From: Acholeplasmataceae bacterium | Lineage (GTDB): Bacteria > Bacillota_I > Bacilli_A > Acholeplasmatales > Acholeplasmataceae | Assembly: GCA_963667565.1 (NCBI GenBank) | Contig: OY763415.1 | Coordinates: 1,120,001-1,184,000 of the forward strand | Length of the DNA stretch: 64,000 nt | Reading direction: 5' to 3' | Part shown: in pieces, positions 52,837-61,292 of the stretch | Layout: each line of letters opens with the position of its first letter | How positions within the stretch are numbered: the first letter of the stretch is position 1 | The notes under the pieces: model-generated | The model's input: only the letters and a program-made list of their open reading frames with translations | The model's database searches: none | What the model was told of the DNA's origin: nothing | Position numbers and translations under genes: made by a program

Positions 52837-53947
52837 AATCTTCTAATGGAAGTAAAACTTTTTCACTTTCTGGATCGAAGAAATGAACTTTATTCATATC
52901 AAATGTTAACTTCATCTTATCGCCAATTCTAACGCCTGCTCTAGCGTTAATAACAGCACAGATATTATCATCATTAACATGTGTATAAATATTTGTTTCT
53001 GAACCTAATAATTCAGCAACATCAACTTCAATATCTAATACAGATTCAGGATAAGTTTCCATAACGACTTTGTTATCATGAATATCTTCAGGACGGATAC
53101 CTAAAACAATTCTCTTTCCAACAAATTTGTTAGCTTTAACAATTGATAGTTTATCTTCAGGAACTTTAATCTTATAGTCACCTGCTACAAAGTAACCATC
53201 TTTTTCAACTTGACCACGGATGAAGTTCATTGGAGGTGTACCAATGAAACCAGCAACGAACATATTATCTGGATTATCATAGATTTCTTTTGGAGATCCT
53301 ACTTGCATAATATATCCATCTTTCATAACAACGATTCTAGTTGCCATTGTCATCGCTTCAATTTGGTCATGTGTTACATAAATCATTGTAGTTGCTAATG
53401 TATTATGAAGTTTAATTAACTCACCGCGCATTTGAACACGTAATTTAGCATCTAAGTTTGAAAGTGGTTCATCTAGTAAGAATACTTTTGCATCACGAAC
53501 GATTGCACGACCTAATGCAACACGTTGTCTTTGTCCACCTGATAAAGCTTTAGGTTTACGACTTAAATAAGGTGTTAATCCTAAAATTTCAGCAGCATGT
53601 TGAACTTTTTCATTGATTACATCTTTTGGCATTTTACGTAACTTAAGACCAAAAGCCATGTTATCATATACAGTCATATGTGGATATAACGCATATGATT
53701 GGAAAACCATCGCGATATTTCTATCTTTTGGAGCTTTATCATTAACGAGTTCTTCATCAATGTATAATTCTCCTGCAGAAATTTCTTCTAGACCTGCAAT
53801 CATTCTAAGTGTTGTAGATTTTCCACAACCAGAAGGTCCTACGAATACAATAAATTCTTTGTCTTCAATCTTTAAATTGAAATCAAAAACAGCTTGTACG
53901 CCATTTGGGTAAATCTTGTTAATATCTTTTAAATGTAAAGTTGCCAT
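52835..53947 (-). CDS. msmX: multiple-sugar ABC transporter ATP-binding protein (MsmX/MalK/UgpC family)
   Basis: GPSGCGKST, VFQSYALYPHM, LSGGQRQRVALGRA, DEPLSNLDA, FVAGFIG.P.MN; orphan ATPase; ATG at 53947. Confidence 0.88.
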   Translation of the reverse strand: MATLHLKDINKIYPNGVQAVFDFNLKIEDKEFIVFVGPSGCGKSTTLRMIAGLEEISAGELYIDEELVNDKAPKDRNIAMVFQSYALYPHMTVYDNMAFGLKLRKMPKDVINEKVQHAAEILGLTPYLSRKPKALSGGQRQRVALGRAIVRDAKVFLLDEPLSNLDAKLRVQMRGELIKLHNTLATTMIYVTHDQIEAMTMATRIVVMKDGYIMQVGSPKEIYDNPDNMFVAGFIGTPPMNFIRGQVEKDGYFVAGDYKIKVPEDKLSIVKANKFVGKRIVLGIRPEDIHDNKVVMETYPESVLDIEVDVAELLGSETNIYTHVNDDNICAVINARAGVRIGDKMKLTFDMNKVHFFDPESEKVLLPLED

Positions 53948-54010
53948 CTTTAATATCCTTTCATGTTTCTTTATCACACTTATTGTAACAATTTTATGTG
54001 CAAAAAAAAA

Positions 54011-54025
54011 TGTGCACATTGCACA
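54011..54025. promoter_or_regulatory. palindromic operator candidate upstream of msmX
   Basis: TGTGCA-cat-TGCACA plus an extra TGTGCA half-site at 53997-54002. Confidence 0.55.
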
Positions 54026-54030
54026 CTTTT

Positions 54031-54609
54031 TTAATGTGTTAACATATAATAAATCACATAACCTTCAACGAATTTCTTAATATCAAAACCTGTAACTGTA
54101 ATGAACTTATCAATTCGCTGAATGAGTGTATTTCTGTGGATATATAATTTTTTAGCTGCTTCACTCATGTTTTGATTTGATTCTAAGTAGACTTTGATGG
54201 TTTGTTTCATATCTTCGTTATTTACATACGCTCTTAAGAAAAAAGCATATGCTGTTTTATCAATTTTAGTCAGTAAATATTTTAAAACCAAAACATCATT
54301 TAAATACACAAATTGGTTAAAAGGTATCTTTGATATCAAATGTTTTATAAAATGTGCATGTTTATAAAGTAATTCTATATCTGTAAAAGGGTATGCTTCA
54401 TAAAGTCTATAATCAACAAAAGTTTCAGTTGATAAGTTTAAAATAATTTCATTAAATGAGATTTCAACAGGCGCATCAAAAACAATCACTAAACTTTGAT
54501 CAATGATCTTAATCTCTTTGATTTCCATGAATTCTTTTAACATGTCAATCACCATAGATTTAGTTGTATCTAATGCTTGTTTTGACTCAATTAATAAATA
54601 ATTTAACAT
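54031..54609 (-). CDS. PucR/CdaR family regulator (C-terminal HTH; YxkF-like)
   Basis: N.SEAAKKLYIHRNTL.QRIDKF...TG. Confidence 0.85.
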   Translation of the reverse strand: MLNYLLIESKQALDTTKSMVIDMLKEFMEIKEIKIIDQSLVIVFDAPVEISFNEIILNLSTETFVDYRLYEAYPFTDIELLYKHAHFIKHLISKIPFNQFVYLNDVLVLKYLLTKIDKTAYAFFLRAYVNNEDMKQTIKVYLESNQNMSEAAKKLYIHRNTLIQRIDKFITVTGFDIKKFVEGYVIYYMLTH

Positions 54610-54619
54610 GGTTATTTCC

Positions 54620-55336
54620 TTATATATATTGGTTTATAAATGCTATGATCGCTTGACTAGGTATCACGATATAAGCTTGATCAATATATGCTCTCATACC
54701 AATGAGTTGAAGATTAATGTCATAAATAGATGATCCGACACTTTCACTACTTGTTTCTATATCAACTTTTAATAATGTGTCATCATCATAACCTTGAAAA
54801 ATACCAAGTGATATATGATTGAGTATATCATAAGTTGCAGATATACTTGATACGACTTCATTTTGAAGTGGTTGATAAGAAGCATATGTAACAGCTTTTA
54901 AATCATCTGTGTTACTAGATGCAAACTTTAATAACGCCAAATGATTAGTCTCACTTAATGCAACAACTGAAGCATTTTCAACTCTATTTTTATAATCATG
55001 AATATGAATATACAAATGCATTGGATTGATAAATGCATCACTTTGAGATATGACATAGACATAAGGATTGTCAATATGCACAATCACACCTGATAAAGTT
55101 GTATTGACTAAATTGTTTGTTACATCTATTTTAACATTCTCATTTGCATGTTCTAATTCAAGTGCATTTAGATATTCTATGAAATTAGATTCAGTTGAGA
55201 AATCTTGGCCTAAATATAAATTAAATTGGTCTTGTAAATCAAGATATTCTTGTGAAGGCGCTTGATATGTTAATATCTGCAATCCTGCGATCCCCATGAC
55301 GATAAATATAATCAAAACGACTAGAGGTCTTTTCAT
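54620..55336 (-). CDS. trypsin-like serine protease paralog, catalytic triad apparently lost
   Basis: collinear with upstream protease but ISQSDA, HLALL and ESVGSS replace TN.HV, DLALL and G.SG. Confidence 0.65.
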   Translation of the reverse strand: MKRPLVVLIIFIVMGIAGLQILTYQAPSQEYLDLQDQFNLYLGQDFSTESNFIEYLNALELEHANENVKIDVTNNLVNTTLSGVIVHIDNPYVYVISQSDAFINPMHLYIHIHDYKNRVENASVVALSETNHLALLKFASSNTDDLKAVTYASYQPLQNEVVSSISATYDILNHISLGIFQGYDDDTLLKVDIETSSESVGSSIYDINLQLIGMRAYIDQAYIVIPSQAIIAFINQYI

Positions 55337-56121
55337 GATGATAAACCTCCATATCCTTCACTTAATAAAAATTCAAGAATTTTTTGTGCTGGAATTGCAT
55401 ATGAATGTGTAGATATTGAAGTTGAAGTTTGAAATCTTCCAGCAAAAATAAGTCCGACTAATTTTAAGTCTTCATTTAAAATGGCACTTCCGCTACTACC
55501 TGATTTAACAGGTACTGATGAGACTATCACATTAAATGTTACACGATTCACTAAAGATGTTTGATCATCAACTACGACACGATTTTCTTCTATGAAATAA
55601 CCCATCGTAATCGCATGATTTTGACCATTTGGATATCCAATAACAATGAGACTATCATTTAGCATTATCGTAGATGTATCTATTTCAAAACAAGTTACTT
55701 CAATCGTTTTTGCAATTTTAAGTAGTGCTAAATCATAATTTTCATCTGAAAACATATACGTTGCAGTAACTGATTCATTCAAATAGTTTCTAACAACATA
55801 CTGATTAGCAACAGTTTCATTATAAATAACAACATGGCTATTTGTTAAGACATAATAAAATTGATCATCTTCATCAATGACTGCACCAGAACCTAGGTTT
55901 TGAATGCCATATGTTAAAAAACTTGCTTCAATTGAAACGACTGACTTAACAGCTGTATTTGACAATTGATTAACAAAGTCTATATATGATTGATAATTTT
56001 GTGTTTGTTCATCCACATAAGATTGATAGTCGTCATATAAGCTTTCATATGTTTTTTCACCACATGATGTTAACATAAATCCAATCAATATCATGATGAT
56101 GAATAAATATATTTTTTTCAT
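55333..56121 (-). CDS. trypsin-like (S1C/HtrA-type, no PDZ) serine protease lipoprotein
   Basis: lipobox LTSC, GSG, TNSHV, DLALL, IGYP, GSSGS. Confidence 0.85.
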   Translation of the reverse strand: MKKIYLFIIMILIGFMLTSCGEKTYESLYDDYQSYVDEQTQNYQSYIDFVNQLSNTAVKSVVSIEASFLTYGIQNLGSGAVIDEDDQFYYVLTNSHVVIYNETVANQYVVRNYLNESVTATYMFSDENYDLALLKIAKTIEVTCFEIDTSTIMLNDSLIVIGYPNGQNHAITMGYFIEENRVVVDDQTSLVNRVTFNVIVSSVPVKSGSSGSAILNEDLKLVGLIFAGRFQTSTSISTHSYAIPAQKILEFLLSEGYGGLSS

Positions 56122-56208
56122 TTCATCACCTTATGACTATTTTACCTTTTTTTCAAAAAATAATAAACCTTTTGACACAAAAAAAGGGTATAAATACCCT
56201 TATTGTTA

Positions 56209-57621
56209 TTATCCGATAGAACCTTCCATTTCAAGTTTAATCAATTGATTTAACTCGATCGCATATTCCATAGGTAATTCTTTTGCAAATGGTTCAATAA
56301 AGCCCATAACAATCATTTCTGTTGCTTCTTCTTCACTTAAACCTCTACTCATTAAATAATATAGTTGTTCTTCGCTAATTTTTGAAACTGTCGCTTCATG
56401 TTCTAAGAAGACATCGCTATTTTTAACAACGTTAGTTGGAATGGTATCACTAAATGAAAAATCATCTAATATAATGGTATCACATTCAACGTGTGCTTTT
56501 GCACCTTTAGCTTTTTTACCAAAATCAACTTTACCGCGATAATTTACAGATCCACCACCACGAGAAATTGATTTAGAAATAATGGTTGATGTTGTATTTG
56601 GTGCAACATGAATCATTCTGGCACCAGCATCTTGAATTTGATTTTTTCCGGCAAAAGCAATTGAAATTGTTGTTCCTTTTGCACGTTCACCAAGTAATAC
56701 ACAAGATGGGTATTTCATATTAACACTAGAACCAATATTACCATCTATCCATTCCATATGTCCATTCTCATAAACAAATGCGCGTTTAGTAACTAAGTTA
56801 ATGACATTATCAGACCAGTTTTGAATGGTCGTATAACGACAAGTTGCATCTTTTTTCACAATAATTTCTACAATAGCAGCATGTAAACTGTCTCTTGAAT
56901 ATGTTGGTGCTGTACAACCTTCAACATAATTGACATATGCACCTTCATCAACAATAATAAGTGTTCTTTCAAATTGACCCATTTGATCTGAGTTAATTCT
57001 AAAATAAGATTGTAGTGGTTTTGGTACATGCACACCTTTAGGTACATAAATGAATGAACCTCCACTCCAAACGGCACTATTTAATGCAGCATACTTATTA
57101 TCTGCATATGAAATAACTGTACCAAAATATTCTTTAACAAGTTCTGGGTGTTCACGAAGTGCTGTATCAGTATCAACGTAAATAACACCTAAGTCTTCCA
57201 ATTCTTTCATGGTATTGTGGTAAACAACTTCACTTTCAAATTGAGTGGACACACCTGCTAAATAATTTCTTTCCGCTTCAGGGATACCAAGTTTTTCAAA
57301 TGTATCTCTAATGGATTCAGGTACTTCATCCCAACTTGTTTCTGCTCTTTCTGAAGCTCTTAAAAAGTATGTAAAATCATCAAAATTGATGAAAGATAAA
57401 TCTGGACCCCATGAAGGATTTTTTAAATCTAAAAATTTCTTGTATGCTTTTAAACGGAAATCTAACATCCATTGAGGTTCATTCTTATAAGAACTGATAT
57501 CTTTGACTTTAGTTTCATCAATACCTTTTCCAGTTTGAAGAACTGGTTCAGCTTCAGTTTTAAAACCAAATTTGTAATCACCAACAATGGCGTCTATTTT
57601 CTTTTTATTGTCATCCATCAT
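56209..57621 (-). CDS. sufB: Fe-S cluster assembly protein SufB
   Basis: [46 protein letters not shown]. Confidence 0.97.
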   Translation of the reverse strand: MMDDNKKKIDAIVGDYKFGFKTEAEPVLQTGKGIDETKVKDISSYKNEPQWMLDFRLKAYKKFLDLKNPSWGPDLSFINFDDFTYFLRASERAETSWDEVPESIRDTFEKLGIPEAERNYLAGVSTQFESEVVYHNTMKELEDLGVIYVDTDTALREHPELVKEYFGTVISYADNKYAALNSAVWSGGSFIYVPKGVHVPKPLQSYFRINSDQMGQFERTLIIVDEGAYVNYVEGCTAPTYSRDSLHAAIVEIIVKKDATCRYTTIQNWSDNVINLVTKRAFVYENGHMEWIDGNIGSSVNMKYPSCVLLGERAKGTTISIAFAGKNQIQDAGARMIHVAPNTTSTIISKSISRGGGSVNYRGKVDFGKKAKGAKAHVECDTIILDDFSFSDTIPTNVVKNSDVFLEHEATVSKISEEQLYYLMSRGLSEEEATEMIVMGFIEPFAKELPMEYAIELNQLIKLEMEGSIG

Positions 57622-58064
57622 TTATTTTCTTCCTCCTTTATTTTTTGTATGCCTGTTTCTAAGGCTTTCCAAGCAAGTGTTGCACATTTCACTCTAGCGG
57701 GAAATTGTGACACGCCTTGATATACGATCGCATCCCCTTTTAAAATATCTTGATTAAAAGGATAGCCTTTAATTAATTCATAAAACTCATGTATGATTTT
57801 TTCTGCATCTTCGATTTGATGATCAATGAGCGTTTGGCTCATCACAGATGCACTAGAACAGCAAATAGAACATCCATGTCCATCATGCTTTATATCTGTA
57901 ATGTGATGATGTTCATCAACTTTTAGTTGAACTGTCATTTCATCTCCACAACTTGGATTATTTAAATGAATCGTTACATAAGATGCATCATTGACAAGAC
58001 CTTTGTTTTTAGGTCTTTTATAATGGTCCATAATCACTTGGCGATATAAAGTTTCTAAATTCAT
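57618..58064 (-). CDS. sufU: SUF system NifU-family protein SufU
   Basis: [29 protein letters not shown]. Confidence 0.95.
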   Translation of the reverse strand: MNLETLYRQVIMDHYKRPKNKGLVNDASYVTIHLNNPSCGDEMTVQLKVDEHHHITDIKHDGHGCSICCSSASVMSQTLIDHQIEDAEKIIHEFYELIKGYPFNQDILKGDAIVYQGVSQFPARVKCATLAWKALETGIQKIKEEENK

Positions 58065-58075
58065 ACATTCACTTC

Positions 58076-59281
58076 CTAAAAATTATTAAAAAAATCTCTT
58101 GTTTCACTCACACTTTGGATTAAAATATCACAGTCATGTTCATCATTATATATTTGGAATGAAGCACGTAGGGTTGCACCCATTTCCAATCTATCAGCAA
58201 TTAAATGAGCACAGTGTTTACCTGCTCGAACAGCAACATGATTTTCTGATAAAAATGTTGCGACATCATGTGGATGTACACCATCAATATTGAATGTAAT
58301 GATAGAAACATCTGCTGATTTATTATAAATGGTGATACCATCAAGTTTCTCAAGTTTATCCAAAGTATAATCTCTGAGATGCATGGTGTACTCGTGTATC
58401 GCTTCAAATCCTAAATTTTCGATATATTCAATCGCTTTTTGCAAACCAATTGCTGCACATATCACTGGTGTTCCAGCTTCAAATTTAGTTGGTACTTCTT
58501 GCCATTTAAGTATGTCTTTTGTAATGGTATCTATCATTTCTCCACCAAACTCAATCGGTTCGATTTTGTTCAGCAAATCAAATTTACCAAAAAGTACACC
58601 TACACCAGTAGGTCCAAACATTTTATGACCTGAAAATGCTAAGAAATCGCAATCTAAATCTTTAACATCTATTTTCATATGTGGTGCAGCTTGTGCAGCA
58701 TCAACAATGACGATAGCACCTTTTTCATGAGCTAATTTGATAATTTCTTTAAGTGGTGTTACATAACCCATCACATTTGATACATAAGTTATAGCAACCA
58801 CTTTAACGTCATCTGTTAAGATTTTTTTAAAGTTTTCAACAGTAACTCTTCCTTCATCTGTTAAAGGTATATAATCTAACCTTGCACCTGTTTTTCTAGA
58901 TGCCATCATCCATGGGATGAGTGATGAGTGATGTTCTAGTTCGGTTGTTATGATTTGATCTTTCGATGTAAGAAACGTTTGATATGAACTTGCAATTAAA
59001 TTAAGTGCTGAGGTTGTTCCTCTTGTAAATATCACTTCATTGATTTGAGCGTTGATAAAAGAAGCAATCTTTGCTCTAGAATCTTCATATAATTTTGTTG
59101 TTTCTTGTGATAAATCATAAGCCCCACGATGGACATTTGTACCTAAATGATTATAGTAATAATCTACAAGTTCAATGACATCTTTTACTTTTAAACTTGA
59201 GGCAGCCGAATCTAAATAAATTTCTTTTGGATGATTGACCAAAATAGGAAAATCATTCTTAATTTTTTTAACATCAATCAT
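58076..59281 (-). CDS. sufS: cysteine desulfurase SufS
   Basis: YLDSAA, NVHRG, DAAQ, FSGHKM, FEAGTP, RAG.HCA. Confidence 0.96.
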   Translation of the reverse strand: MIDVKKIKNDFPILVNHPKEIYLDSAASSLKVKDVIELVDYYYNHLGTNVHRGAYDLSQETTKLYEDSRAKIASFINAQINEVIFTRGTTSALNLIASSYQTFLTSKDQIITTELEHHSSLIPWMMASRKTGARLDYIPLTDEGRVTVENFKKILTDDVKVVAITYVSNVMGYVTPLKEIIKLAHEKGAIVIVDAAQAAPHMKIDVKDLDCDFLAFSGHKMFGPTGVGVLFGKFDLLNKIEPIEFGGEMIDTITKDILKWQEVPTKFEAGTPVICAAIGLQKAIEYIENLGFEAIHEYTMHLRDYTLDKLEKLDGITIYNKSADVSIITFNIDGVHPHDVATFLSENHVAVRAGKHCAHLIADRLEMGATLRASFQIYNDEHDCDILIQSVSETRDFFNNF

Positions 59282-60153
59282 ATTCTTGAATTAACGAGTG
59301 TGACAAATCTTTCTTTTAAAGGTTCATCATCAATTTCATCTATAATTGGTTTTAAGAATCCATTAACAATGAGTTTTTCAGCTTCAGATTTTGTTAATCC
59401 TCTGCTTTGTAAATAATAAAGTTGATCTTCTTCTAATTTACCAATGGTTGCCCCATGGCCAGCTTTAACATCAAATTCATCAATAAGTAATATTGGATTG
59501 ACTTCAACAACTGCTGTGTCAGAAGTAATAATGCCTTTTAAAGTTTGAAATGCGTTTGCTCGTTTCATACCTTTCTCAATTTTTTCAACACCGTTCAATA
59601 TAATTTTACCATTTTTATTGGCAATTCCTATATTGGTCATGTCACCAAATGTATCTGGTGCCTTATGAACGATTAATACGTCTATATTTTGAATGTTTTG
59701 ATCTGATGAAACAGCAACGGCTCTCATTTTTACTTCAGCACCTTGACCAACTAAGTCAACATGCATTTTAGCATTAATAACGTCACTAACAAATCCACCA
59801 ACTAAATCCATTTTAGCATCTCTTTCAACCGTAAAGTAATGCTCTAATAATGCATCTTTACTATTCAGTTCAGCAACCAATAAATATTTAACTTGGCTAT
59901 TTTGTTTTGCGACTAAATTTAATTTATAATTATTTTTGGTTAAATCACGACTCGCGATTTCTAAAATAATTTTAATACTTGAATTTTCTGAGACAATAAT
60001 ATTTAATGATTCGTTATTATCATCTTCAATTGTGACTTTTATAGGTTCATCGATAATTTGGTTTTTTGGAATGATAAGTGATTGTTTTTCAAATACAAAT
60101 CCTTCAGGTAAAACAGATTTGACTTGATGGTCTTTAATCGTGATTTGATTCAT
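59278..60153 (-). CDS. sufD: Fe-S cluster assembly protein SufD
   Basis: NPILLIDEFDV.AGHGA..G, YYLQSRGL. Confidence 0.92.
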   Translation of the reverse strand: MNQITIKDHQVKSVLPEGFVFEKQSLIIPKNQIIDEPIKVTIEDDNNESLNIIVSENSSIKIILEIASRDLTKNNYKLNLVAKQNSQVKYLLVAELNSKDALLEHYFTVERDAKMDLVGGFVSDVINAKMHVDLVGQGAEVKMRAVAVSSDQNIQNIDVLIVHKAPDTFGDMTNIGIANKNGKIILNGVEKIEKGMKRANAFQTLKGIITSDTAVVEVNPILLIDEFDVKAGHGATIGKLEEDQLYYLQSRGLTKSEAEKLIVNGFLKPIIDEIDDEPLKERFVTLVNSRI

Positions 60154-60923
60154 TATTGATCTTCGCCTTCGCTAAATTCAATCCCTAACTCTTCACGAAT
60201 CCATTCATAACCGTTTTTATCAATTTTAGCAATAAGCTCTTGTCCGCCACTTAATACAATTTTCCCATCAATCATGATGTGTACGTTAGTTGGTTTAATA
60301 TGATCTAAAATTCTTTGGTAATGTGTAATTAAAATACAACCAAATTGATCACTAACCATGTCATTAACGTTTTCACCAACAATTTTTAAAGCATCAACAT
60401 CTAATCCTGAATCGATTTCATCTAAAATTGCGAATTTAGGCTTTAATACTTTAAGTTGAAGTATTTCATTTCTTTTTCTTTCCCCGCCACTAAAACCTTC
60501 ATTTAAATAGCGATGTGCTAAGTCTGGACGCATTTTAAGTTCTTCAACTTTCTTTTCGTAGTCCATTGCGAACTGAATAAGTCCAACTTCTTTTCCTGAG
60601 GTAGCAGCAAGTGCTTGTCTCATGAAATCTGAGTTTGTTACACCTGGAACTTCAGCTGGATATTGCATCGCTAAAAAGAGTCCAGCGCGTGCTCTCTCAT
60701 CAACTTCAAGCTCAAGTAAATTTTGTCCGTCTAAGAATGCTTCACCTTGAGTGACTTCATACTTAGGATGACCCATAAGTGCGCTCGCTAATGTCGATTT
60801 ACCAGTTCCATTAGGTCCCATAATCGCATGCACTTCACCTGAATTAACAGTTAGATTTACCCCTTTTAATATTTGTTTTCCTTCAATTTCTACATGAAGG
60901 TTATTAATCTCTAATTTTGCCAT
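60153..60923 (-). CDS. sufC: Fe-S cluster assembly ATPase SufC
   Basis: MGPNGTGKST, FLAMQYP, NEGFSGGE.KRNE, DEIDSGLD, ITHYQR; ATG at 60923 after AAGGAGG. Confidence 0.96.
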   Translation of the reverse strand: MAKLEINNLHVEIEGKQILKGVNLTVNSGEVHAIMGPNGTGKSTLASALMGHPKYEVTQGEAFLDGQNLLELEVDERARAGLFLAMQYPAEVPGVTNSDFMRQALAATSGKEVGLIQFAMDYEKKVEELKMRPDLAHRYLNEGFSGGERKRNEILQLKVLKPKFAILDEIDSGLDVDALKIVGENVNDMVSDQFGCILITHYQRILDHIKPTNVHIMIDGKIVLSGGQELIAKIDKNGYEWIREELGIEFSEGEDQ

Positions 60924-61009
60924 ATAGACCTCCTTAAAATTACCATCATTATTATATAATAATTGTTTGTTGATTACCAATGATATACTAATTTAAACAT
61001 GAATAAAAT

Positions 61010-61092
61010 AGTAAACGTTTTCAATTTCATACAAATCAATTTTTATGAAAATAGGGAAACGTTTTCAATGAAAAAATGATGTAAATTTACAT
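61010..61092. promoter_or_regulatory. two cre-like sites and a perfect 14-bp palindrome
   Basis: AGTAAACGTTTTCA (61010-61023), GGGAAACGTTTTCA (61054-61067), ATGTAAATTTACAT (61079-61092). Confidence 0.65.
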
Positions 61093-61122
61093 TTACTTTC
61101 ATTTATTTATGTATAATATAAG

Positions 61123-61288
61123 TGTAGTTGCAATCCTTTTTATATATGTTGCATAAACTACAAAATGTATTTTTCTCCCAAAAAAACATTTCGCGCTAAC
61201 CCCGCGTAAGATACTTAGCTCGCCATCCTTAAGTATCTTTAAAAAAAGGTTACTCCCTTAAAGTGGACCTCAAAGAGGTCCTTTTTTT
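61123..61288 (+). ncRNA. candidate small RNA with five C-rich-loop hairpins and an intrinsic terminator
   Basis: TATAAT at 61112-61117; stems TGTAGTT/AACTACA, AAATGT/ACATTT, CGCG/CGCG, AAGATACTTA/TAAGTATCTT, AAGG/CCTT; GGACCTC-aaa-GAGGTCC + T7; no ORF on + strand. Confidence 0.65.
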
Positions 61289-61292
61289 ATGC

